Shown here piece by piece: positions 1 to 13,474 of a stretch of 64,000 nt of DNA. Within the stretch, counting starts at the first letter, position 1. Each line of letters begins with the position of its first letter. A program made the translations under genes and the position numbers. The notes under the pieces are model-generated. The model was not told the DNA's origin, ran no database searches, and saw only the letters and a list, made by a program, of their open reading frames with translations. This DNA comes from Eledone cirrhosa (lineage: Eukaryota), in assembly GCA_964016885.1 (NCBI GenBank), contig OZ024746.1:95232001-95296000 (forward strand), in the 5' to 3' direction.

Positions 1-1281
1 GACCCTCTACCGATACTGCCAATCCACCGCCCTATATATAATATAAACATTTGGAACGATATATTAACGTTTATAAACTTTAATGACTTAAACTATAGCC
101 AATATTATACTGCCTTATTGGATAGTTTAAATATTTTTAATATTAATTTATCAAATAGGGTTTTCGAGTCATTTACAGGGGTTGTTTCCTTAGCTTTTAC
201 TTAACTACTTAACTGCATGTGAGACCTAAATGTATACGTTTGTTTTTGTTTTTTAATTTCCGGTTGATTCTATTTATTTATTTTATTCTATATTTTATAT
301 TTTATTTGTAATACTACTGTGCATTATATTTACTGTCTGGCACTTACTCACTCATCCATATACATGTCTGTCTACCAACCTTGTAATTATAAGTAATTAT
401 ATATTATATTGTATTAATTTATTTTATATAATATATTATATTATATTGTATTTTTTATTGTAATATTGATCCTTATTACTTACCGTTAATTATATGTAAC
501 ATTATGATATGTTAAACTTTATATATCATGTAAGATGTTTGTACTTCTGTACCATCATAATTTTTTTGAGGTATTGTACAATTTATTTTTCCTCACCTAC
601 TCTGTAACCCAATATGAATCGATTTGTTAACTTGAGTACATTGATAAATGTTAGTATATTGTATATTGTAAATGTTATTATTATTATATTATTATTGTGA
701 CATCTATATTGTTTGTGTAAATTAACCGGAGATTATCTATTCTATTATATTGTATTATATAGTATATAATTGTATTATTTATTATTATATGTGTTACTTA
801 TAATTATATCATATTATTACCTCATGTATATTGGGTAGATGTATTAGTATTATTATTATTATTATTTTCATTCCTATCATGCTTATTTTTATATTCAAAT
901 TCTTAATAAGGTTTAATTTGTGCAGTGGAAGATGGATGTGTGTATTGTTGTATGTGTATGTGTGTGTACGTGTGCGCACATATATACATATGCATATTGT
1001 ATCTTTTGATTTTTATTGTAATTTTAATGTTGGTAAAGGTATATTATAGTATATTATATTGTATTATATAAAATTCCTGCTCTATATAACCACCTTTGTT
1101 TAGATCTAGTTTTTGCTTTGGACTATATTTGTAATATGGTTCTTAATGTTATATACATCCTTAGTAATTATTATCATATATTTTTATTATATATTTTTGT
1201 AATACTTCAGTGTATGTACACTCCATATTCTTCGGAGCTTCCGGCTTGTATCTGCCGATATTACTTCTTGTTGTTTTAATT

Positions 1282-1319
1282 GCCCTGATGAGTCCTTAAT
1301 AGGACGAAACATTGTCGGC
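1282..1319 (+). ncRNA. Minimal type I hammerhead ribozyme motif
   Basis: GCC-CTGATGA-GTCC(ttaata)GGAC-GAA-AC(att)GT-C-GGC: full catalytic core with a GUC cleavage triplet. Confidence 0.82.
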
Positions 1320-1469
1320 TAATAAAGACTTTTGATGTATTGAAGGCTTCTTTGTTTTACTCTCTTAATTTTTCGGCTCTGTTTAACTACATTGAGCTAT
1401 ACCTTTTACTGTCATTTCTTTAATACGAAGAGGGTGTTTAACTCCAACACACTCCAGTATTTTAACCCT

Positions 1470-1571
<102 letters not shown>

Positions 1572-1572
<1 letters not shown>

Positions 1573-2305
1573 TCATCATCATCATCATCATCAACGTTTA
1601 ACGTCCGTGTTCCACGCTTGCATGGGTTTGGACGGGGGTAGTCCCACTTGAGGCAAGAGTGATTGTCTTGCTCGCATAGGACTGTCTGGCAGGTTTTCTA
1701 CAGTTGGATGCCCTTCCTAACACCAACCACATTTACAGTGTGGGTCTGGGAGGTTTTTACCGTGTTGCCTACACGGCCACATTACAGCGTGGACTGTGTG
1801 TTTTTTTGTCGTGACACCTACACGATCTCATTTGTTTCGGCCTCGATGGCGCGGCACCAACATAACTTTACATAGAACGGGGTGGTGTGGATCGGGTGGG
1901 GGTGGTGGGACGGGGTGTATTTGTTAGAGATGCCTACTGGCTGGAGTAGGTTTTACTATATATTTAGGTAAGGCGGGTCTTCTCTGTTACTGAGTACCGC
2001 CAAAGGTCTCGGTCCAGTGACATTGTCTTGGAGAGGTGTAAGTGTGTGATGTCGGAGTTTATCAGCTCGTCCCAGGTTTTTCTAGGTCTGCCTATTCCGT
2101 GACTACCGTCTATCTTTATTGCCCTGCACTTTGTTATACAGCTATCGACTTTCATGCGCATCACGTGTCCATACCAACGTAGCCTTCTCTCGAGTAGACA
2201 ACATCTGATCCCTCTTATCTCTAATTTATTCCTTAGTTCGTTTATGCTTTGCCGTTCACGTATATTACTGTTACACATCCAGCGGAGCATGCAAGCTTCG
2301 TTCCT
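1572..2305 (-). mobile_element. 5'-truncated RTE-clade LINE
   Basis: ORF end MLRWMC...RRLRWYGHVMRM...GRPRKTW...DRDLWR, 3' UTR and (GAT)n tail; same family as 39065-41058. Confidence 0.9.
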
Positions 2306-3614
<1,309 letters not shown>

Positions 3615-3786
3615 TGACAAGCCTCCACACAATTTCTGCCTACCAAATTTCACTCACAAGAGTTTGGTTGCCATGAGGAGTGTATAGCAGTAGACACTCA
3701 TTGAAGGTGCTGTGCAGTGGAGTATGATGGAATCCAACAGGGAGTGCATCGTTGCAAATCTCAAACTTTCTAACCACACAAAAATA

Positions 3787-3809
3787 CCCTAACCCTAACC
3801 CTAACCCTA
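3787..3809. repeat. Short interstitial (CCCTAA)n tract
   Basis: Nearly four CCCTAA units. Confidence 0.7.
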
Positions 3810-3844
3810 CACCCACTGGAAACTATAGAAATAATAAGACTGAC

Positions 3845-4033
3845 CTTGAACAGCAGCTAATTTCTTTCCGATCTGGTAACTTTTCTGTATATGTTCATAG
3901 TATTCCCCCTTCACTTTGTTTTCACATGCAAATGACCTCACTGTCCGTAAACTTGAAATGGACTCTTCCGCTGAGGTGCCTGCTTCAGCTAAATTGTCTT
4001 GGAAGACCTTACGCAACTTTTTCAGATAATGAC
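3845..4033 (-). CDS. ABCB coding exon 7
   Basis: TTTACAG acceptor, G|GTCAGT donor; HYLKKLRKVFQDNLAEAGTSAEESISSLRTVRSFACE (intracellular loop/coupling helix region). Confidence 0.93.
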
Positions 4034-7000
4034 CTGTAAAGGAAAGTAAAACCCATGCTAGCGTGGAAAATTGACATTAAACGCTGGTGATGATGGTGGT
4101 GGTGGTGGTGGTGATGATGATGGTGGTGGTGGTGGTGGTGGTGAAGGTGATGATGGTGGTGATGGTGGTGGTGGTGATGGTAATGGTGATGACAATGATG
4201 GTGGTGGTGGTGATGATGATGGTGGTGGTGGTGATGTTGATGGTGGTGGTGATGGTGGTGGTGGTGATGGAGGTGGTGATGGCAGTGGTGATGGTGGTGG
4301 TGGTAGAGGGTGTGGTTTGGTGGAGGTGGTGGTTTAGTGGTGGTGGCGGTGGTGGTGGTGGTTTAGTGGAGAATGTAGTTTGGAGGGTATGGTTTGGTGG
4401 AGGTGGTGTTGTTGGAGGTGTATTGGTGGTGGTGGTGGGTGTGGTTTGGTGGAGGTCGTGTTGGTGGTTGTTTTGTAGAGGTGTTAATGTTAGTGGTGGT
4501 GATGGTTGTGATGCTGGGGTGGTAATGGTGGCGATGGTGGTGGTTTAGTGGTAGTGGAGGTGGTTATTCCAGTTTCTAAAACCATATCAAGTGAATAGAA
4601 TGAATGCTTGTCTGTTTTTGACAATCAGTGCTCCAGTTGTTTAATTAAAAGCAGAGAAAATGGATATGAAATGATGGTGGCTGAGCATTCCACAGACACA
4701 TGTACCCTTAACCCTTTAGTTACCAACCTGGCCAAAACCAGCTCTGGTTCTATGAAATAAAGTCACCCGTTTTAAAGATTTCCAAATTATATTAAAATCT
4801 TCCAACATAATTTTATATAAGAACCATACATTAATTTACTATCTTAGTAATGAAATAATTAATAATTTTTGTAAATCCCTCGAAATTCTTCATTAATTAA
4901 TTAAAAGAGAGAGTATTTCATTAGAAATGTGGCCATGAAAACATTAAAGGTTTCCAATTTAATAATAATAATAATAATTGTTTCTACTTTTGGCACAAGG
5001 CCAGCAATTATATCAGTGTATTACTGGTACTTTATTTTATCGACCCTGTAAGGATGAAAGGCAAAGTTAACCTCGACGGGATTTGAACTCAGACCATAAA
5101 GGGCCGTAACTCTTTGCTGCAAAGCATGGAGTCCGACCCTCTACCAATACTGCCAATCCACCACCCTATAATAATAATAATGATAATGATAATAATTGTT
5201 TCTACTTTTGGCACAAGGCCAGCAATTACCCAGTGCATTACTGGTACTTTATTTTATCGACCTCGTAAGGATGAAAGGCAAATAATAATGATAATAATGA
5301 AAATGATTGTGTACAGTGCTCAGGTGCACTGCAATTCAGTAAAGGTGCATGTATAGTACAAAGAATAATATACAAATGTCAGGAAAGTGTATAAGTCATA
5401 ATATACACACAGAAACATGCATGCATGTTTATGGAGGAGGAATATCAGGTGTGGCGTCGGTGAATTTCAGGAAGCATGGAAGTATTAAGATCTTCCAACA
5501 TAATTTTATATAAGAACCTTACATTAAGTCATGAAAGGGTTAATGTAATCATAATCATCATCATCATCATCATTGTTTAACGTCTATCTTCCACGCTAGC
5601 ATGGGTTGGACGGGTTTGTACCACTTGAGGCAAGATTGATCGGGTGACCGTGTCTCACCCATATATGACTGTATCTGGCAGGTTTTATACAGCTGGATGC
5701 CCTTCTTAACACCAACCACATTTACAGTGAGAGCTGGGTGCTTTTTTGCCGTGGCACCTCCATGACCACTTTACAGTGTGGGCTGGGTGCCCTTTTGCCA
5801 TGGCACCTCCATGACCACTTTGCAGTGGAATGATAGGGACCCCAGTCCTATCGTCTCATTTCTACAGCTGAGTAAACTGGAGCAATGTGAAATAAAATGT
5901 TTTGCTCAAGAACACAACACAACACAGCGCAAGAATCAAACCCACAACATTATGATCTCAAGTCCAACAGTCTTACCACTAGGCCACGTGCCTCCTGCTC
6001 AGGAGCAGTTTATGTTTTTCTGTGTATAGAGGAATATTTAAAAGTGTTTACACATCATTCTTTCCACAGCAAAGCCTGTAGTTAGATCTAATTCAAAGCC
6101 TGTAATAGTTATATCTACATTGAATTAACCTTAAATAAATGTAATAAATATTTTGTGTGGCATGTGATAATGATATAATGAGGCTTATACCTAGTAGGCA
6201 ACACCTCCCTCTACCTACTATCCCCTCTCATTCACCTCCCTTAGCAGTAACCATACCTCCTCTACTACCCTGTCCACATCTTTTTCCCCCAAGCCCCTCC
6301 ACCCTCCCTAGTCCCCACTGTGTTGTGTTCGTGACACAACAAAGGTGCCCAGTCCACACTGTAAAGTGATCGTGTAGGTGACACAACAAAAAGCTCCCAG
6401 CACATACTGTCAATGTGGTTGGTGTTAGGAAGGGCAGCCAGCCGTAGAAAACCAGCCAAAAACTTTCCTATATGAGCAAGACACTGTCACAAGACCCAAC
6501 TTGCCTCTATTCAGGACAAACCTGTCTAACCCATGCTAGCATGGAAGATAGACGTTAATCGACGATGATGATGATGATGATGAGCAAGCTTACCATACTG
6601 GACAGCTCCAAATGAGACCAATGGCACTACTCCAAGTAATACACCAGTTAATGCAGGATTCAGGACAAACATCACAGCTAACGATCCAATGATTTGAAGC
6701 ATGTAACGCATCAGCATTGATATATTCACCTTAAATAATAATGATAATAATAATAATGGTTTCTTTATTAACCACAAAGGGTTTACATCAAGAAAAACAT
6801 GATGACAGTACAGGACGAAAACATAAAGTGGTGGGGGGAACAAATTTTAACAATGTTAAAGAAAAAAGATAACAATAAAATTAAAGCAAAGAAGGTTCCT
6901 CCATAGGGAGGAGGCGTTCGAGGGTGATTCGTGGAAAAAACCCCATAAAACCACGGATGCTCTGATCTTTAGGGCAAGTGCCCTGTCCCAGTTGTACTCC

Positions 7001-10000
7001 TCCAATCTACAGGTTTACACTCAGAGCGGATCCATTCACTCGGGCCTTGCTCGCTTCTCTCACCCACCTTTCATCAAATTGCTTTGAAAGCAGCCCTTCT
7101 TTCTCTACTCTTATTTTCCTCAAGTGGAACCTGAAGAAGTTAATCAGGGCTTTGCCAAAGAGGAAAGTGCTCGTCTTCAAACCTTTCAAGCATGTCCACC
7201 ATACAACTTTTTTCCCCATAGCCACAAGACATAAAAACAGTCTGCCCTTCTTGACTAAAAGAAGACAGCGGGACAATCTTCACAATGGCCTCGGTTGATA
7301 ACTAAATTTGTTCTACATGCGACAGCAGGTGTACAACATAAACCCACAAGTCAGCAATGCTCGGACTTTGGACGATTGTATGCAGGACAGTTTCGTCACC
7401 CTGCATGCATCTCAGACAGGCCCAGATGACAGCACTTCCATGTCTGTAGAGATTATCTTGAACTGGCAAAGCTCCTCAGTAGCACTGCCAGACCAGGGAT
7501 TTCTTGAAGTTATCCATGGGCAATGGACCAAAAGTCCTCTGGAAAAGAATGGCCAAGAACATCATTGCCTTTACCTGCTACTAACCCTCTATAGAAAGCC
7601 AAGGTGGAGTTTTCATCAATTATACTGTCCAATTGGCAGAGGACAGTCATCATTTGAAGACATTCCAGTTTCCAATTGCTCCCTCTCAGTCTTTACTTGA
7701 TCCATGACTACAGCTCTGTCAAGGAAACAAGCAGGGGAAAAACACATCTAGCAAACAGCAGCCAGACCTGTTCACCATCAAGCAAAAGCTGGAGATCTAA
7801 AGAGCAGTAATTAATATCACAAAACATCAGTCAGACACTCTCACAATTCTGACAATCCTCAGCCCACATAACAAGGAGGAGGAGGCAGAGGTAAGAAAGA
7901 AAGAAAGAGGATAAAATTATTTATATACATACTTTTTCACAGAAACACAAACGCTTAAAGAAATAAGCACACAATCATAATTACATAACAATGCACACAC
8001 ACATGCACACACACACACATATGCACACAACACACATATGCACTCAACACACACATGCACACCAGCATACACATGTATGTGTGTGTGTTTGTGTAAACAT
8101 ACACACAAACACACACACATTCACATATATACAATCATAATCATCACAGTCTAATTAATTACCCCCAATTAGTGAGTAGAATAAATTATTGGCTATAATT
8201 TGTATAATTAATGTATTATCTAGCTATAATATGTATAATTGGTGTATCAACTGACTAGAACTTGTGTAATTAAGATGTATATGTATCCCTGGGTATGGTG
8301 GAGGCAGGAAGAAACCTGTCTAGGCAGAGCCTCCAAGAGGAATTCTGCAAGGAGGTACAAGACCCCTTTGGGGCCCGAAGCAAGCAAATATTTTTCTCAA
8401 AATGGATGTCGGATGGTTGCTGTGGGTCGTTCTTAGCTCTTGGGCCGAGGAACAAAGTACTGGCTGGACCCCCCTCTCATAGGCCCTGTGTCTAGGGGAA
8501 CATTGCAGGGTTAAACCCCCAGCTACTACTAGTTCTTATTTTCAGCTGAGTATACCGGAGTAACATGAAATGAGGTGTTTTGCTCAAGAACACAACATGC
8601 AAGCCAGCCCAGGAATCAAACCCATTACATTATGATCGTAAGTCCAACACCCTTATCACTAAGCCATGTGCCTAGATTGAAATATAACCAGGTAGAAATT
8701 TCAACTTACAGTGACAGCATTTTGAAGAACTTGGGTGTCCGATGACAGGCGATTTGTTAACTCTCCTGTTCTGTAAAACAAAAAAACACAGACATCTTTT
8801 ACTGAGAGAAAATACAAAACAATCAGAGCAGGGAAACTTTTCAAATGTGTTACGTTTTTCAATGAGTGAGCCTCTACATAGTAGCTTAACCCTTTAGCAT
8901 TTAAACTGGCCATATCCGGCTAAAATGCTCTCACCTCTTTCTGTTCAAACAGTGTGAGCTGGGTGCTTTTATTGTGACATCTACATGACCACTTTAGAGT
9001 GTGGGCTGAGCTCTTTTGTGGTGGCTCCAGGGACTGATTACTCTATGGAGGAGGTTGGGAACTTGGGAGATGTTGATATAATTTTTATGAGAATTTTTTT
9101 TATTTATTTACCTTGTTGTATCATAAAAAGCAACTTCCTGACTTATGAGATTATTAAAAATCTCTGACCGCAATCTTGCCACGAGTCTTTGGCCAGCTAA
9201 ATTGAAGATCCAACAACGGACCATTGAGGCAATGCAACCACCAAAATATATTCCCAGTAATGTGAGGACAGTCTTGTTCAGGGCATCTGAAAGTTGAAAT
9301 ATATATATATATATTTAATAGAAGTTTACATTTATAACCATCATCTTTATTTTATGTTCTTACTAGCTAAGGAACCTGTTATGCTGGGCATATCCTCGCT
9401 CCTCAACATGGCCCCCTTTAAATAGCCCCTTTAAATATCCCCTATTTTAGGGGAGAGAAAGATTTAAACTATATGTTGACATACTCCAAGAACTAAATAG
9501 CCTATGTATCAAATTTAACCCTTTAGTATTTACATTACTCTATATATACTATTGTATTTTCACATAAAAGGCTTTATTTCACATAATTATCTCAAATAAT
9601 ATCAAATCTTTGATGCTATTTATTTTGAGAACAATACGTTATCATTAGCATAAATGGCCAGTTAGTTCTGGTTTGACAGAAAGAGGTGAGAGAATTCTGG
9701 CCGGATATGGCCGGTTTAAATGCTAAAGGGTTAAACAAAATCAGATGGAAACTGTGGAAATGCATCGCCTGCATACAGACAGACAGACATTTTCGTTTTT
9801 ATATATATAGATGTGTGTAATATTATAGGTGGAAACTTGGCAGGAAATTCATTGAAGAGACTGACTATTCCTGCTTTGGGATGGAGGTTAATTTTGATCA
9901 TAGGTTTGCTCAGCTCGAGCTAATATTGGGCTAAAGAAGAACAACAGAAACAATCTGAAGTACAACAAGCCATCATCAATAACAGCTTTTTTTTAAGGGT

Positions 10001-13000
10001 CTTTCAATACTAAATACAATAAGTAATCATGAATAAACACTTAAAACCATCAGCCAACAGAGTGGTTTGAAATAAGGTATTCTATCCTTGGGTATCTTTA
10101 ACTCTTAACATTCTAGAATGATTTAGCAGAAAATTCAAGTTTGTTAATTCAAATGTTTATAGTATCTTTTCTAGTAGGCAGATTATTGTGAAAATTTGTA
10201 GTCAACTAAAGTTAAAACTTTAATACAGGGTTGTGCAACAGGTGGCCTGCGGGCCACAATCCGGCCCACCAGACCAGTCAGAGTGGCCCGTGATGACCGT
10301 TTTTAATTTTTGCCTTGTAGGCTTATTTAGAATTTTTTTCATAACCGTAATATAATTTTCTGCTAGTTGACCTATACTAAAGGGCTTCATTGATAGGGTT
10401 ATGTGTGTTATAATTTCCCAGTTCCATGTTATGGAATGAAGTTGTGGTGAATCTTTAGAATAGTGCTTAATAAATATTAATGGCCCTAATAGTTGTTCCG
10501 ATGTTCAAAAGTGGTCCATTGGTGCAATGGAATATGTTGCACACCCCTGCTTTAATATTGAATGTGATGCAATCATAGTTTTGTTTTGTACATTTCAAGA
10601 GTGTCTTGCTAATAATGTGGTTCCATGCAGTACAGGATGTGAAGAGCTAACAGAGACTATTCTGTTGAAAGCATTTAACCCTTTAGCATTTCCATTACTC
10701 TATATTTACTATTGTATTTTCATGGTAAACACTTTATTTCACATATCATCTCACATAATATCAAATCTATGAGATTTTAATATTGAGAACAATACCTTAA
10801 CATAGGTATGAATGGCTAGTTATGGCCAGTTTGAACAGAAAGAGGTGAGAGAATTCTGGCCAGATATGACTGCTTTAAATGCTAAAGGGTTAAACCCTGT
10901 CTTTGATCGTTACACAAATCTATTCTTTATCCCCACCAACCTCTAAGACCATGAAAAATATCAGGGTAAAGCCTGTTAACATGGTATAAGATGTCAGTTG
11001 AACTCATACATTATAATGTTTTGAAGGAAGTGCGTCACAGACTGTCACTCTTTGTATTATACAGTAAAAAGTAAAGACCCCTTTACGAATGGCCATGGGA
11101 TTTGCACCTAGAAAGTTACCCTCTGAGGCACAAGTCCGGGCAAGGTTGTTTTGTGGAAGACCAGCAACCGTCCATACATACCAGCCTCCCCTCTCCATGC
11201 TACTGATGTTGTCCAAGGGAAAGGCAATGGCCGATACAGCTTGGCACCAGTGACATCGCAACTCATTTCTACAGCTGAGTAAACTGGAGCAACATGAAAT
11301 AAAGTGTCTTACTCAAGAACACAACACAAAGCCTTGTCCTAGGATTGAATTTACAACCTCACGATTGTAAGCCCAATACTCTAACCTCTAAGCCATGCAG
11401 TACACTCTATTAAATCAGTGACTGAGAAGAGATTGCAGCTGGAGATCAGTGGAATCAAGGAAATGGTGGAAAATAGACTTGACTAAACTGTACAGTGGAA
11501 TAAACACAGAACAACAGTTAGACTCTTTGATAAAAAAAAATGGGGCTTCACCAATGAGACTATTGAAAGTTCTTGAACAAGGGAGCTTGTAGAGTTTAAC
11601 CCTTTAGCATTACTCTATATATACTATTGTATTTTCATGGTAAAGGCTTTATCTCCCATAATTATCTCACATAGTATTGAAGCTATGAGATTTTGATATT
11701 ATTAATTTTGAGAACAATACCTTAACATCAGTATGAGCAGCCAGTTACAGCCAGTTTGAACAGAAAGAAGTGAGAGAATTCTGGTCAGATACAGCTGGTT
11801 TAAATGCTAAAGGGTTAAAGACCTGTTTTAATGTTTTTATTTAAGTTTTTCCTTTTGAACTTCAATAGTTTGTGTTGACATACATATAAATGTCACTGGA
11901 CCGAGACCTTTGGCGGTACTCAGTAATAGAGAAGACCCGCCTTACCTAAATACAAAGTAAAAACCTACTACAGTCAGTAGGCATCTCTATCAAAACACAC
12001 CCCCGTCCCACCACCTCCACCCCACCCACACCGCCCCTTTCAATGTAAAGTTATGTTGGTCCCACAACATCCAGGCCGAAACAAATGAGATCGTGTAGGT
12101 GTCACGACAAAAAACACACAGTCCACGCTGTAAATGTGGCCGTGTAGGCAACACGGTAAAAACCTCCCAGCCCCACACTGTAAATGTGGTTGGTGTTAGG
12201 AAGGGCATCCAACTGTAGAAAACCCGCCAGACAGTCCACGCTGTAATGTGGCCGTGTAGGCAACACGGTAAAAACCTCCCAGCCCCACACTGTAAATGTG
12301 GTTGGTGTTAGGAAGGGCATCCAGCTGTAGAAAACCTGCCAGACAGTCCACGCTGTAATGTGGCCGTGTAGGCAACACGGTAAAAACCTCCCAGCCCCAC
12401 ACTGTAAATGTGGTTGGTGTTAGGAAGGGCATCCAACTGTAGAAAACCCGCCTGACAGTCCTATGCGAGCAAGACAACCACTCTTGCCTCAAGTGGGAAA
12501 ACCCCCGTCCAAACCCATGCAAGCGTGGAACACGGACGCTAAACCTGATGATGATGATGATGATGATAGGTTTTAATAATTCTGAAACTTTCAAAGAAGA
12601 GGGAGATTGTTAACATGGTATAACATGTCAGTTGGACTCATACATTATGTTGTTTTGAAGGGAATGATAACTGGACATTGTTGTATCTGCACATGTGCAG
12701 TTTATAGAGGAAGTGGGTGACCGGATATTTTCACTGTTGGTGAAATAAAAAGGGGAGTAGGATTATAGACAATGCCTTTCTTTTTTTAAAAAAACATTTA
12801 ACACTTTAACATTCACATTACACTATATTTACTATTGCATTTTCACAGAAAAGGGTTTATCTCACATAATATCGAATCTACGAGATTTTGATATTTATTT
12901 TGAGAACAACACGTTCAGTCAGTTACAACCAATTTGAACAGAAAGAGGTGAGAGAATTCTGGGTGGATATGGCCAGTTTAAATGGTAAAGGGTTAATAAA

Positions 13001-13443
13001 TACATATCTTATTATCTATGTACTTATAGTATATGGTTACACAGAGAAGACATTGAAAATATGGAGCAAACACAAATTTCTCACCCATTGACTTGAGAGC
13101 AGCATCAACAACTTTTCCAAAGAACAATGGCCCCAGCATTTGAGAAATGCTTGATATTATAAGAGCAACAAAACCAATCATAAGCATACCAGCTTCCTGA
13201 AAAAAAAAAAGTAAAATATTGATAATGATAAAAAAGCTTCCCGAGTTTTATATTGAACTAGACCACCTGTGACCCGCTGGGTCACGTTCATTTCAAAATT
13301 TTTTTTTTAAATCCCGTTAACTTAGAAATAATTTTATATAATTAAAATATACACAGACATGTATATAATGTGAAATGAAACTGGAAGGCCCATATATATA
13401 TATAAGTGTGTGTATGTATATATATAAATGTGTGTGTATATAC

Positions 13444-13474
<31 letters not shown>

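Noticed and set aside
4071-4548. Gly-rich and Val-rich ORFs
   Set aside because: Microsatellite translation inside an intron.
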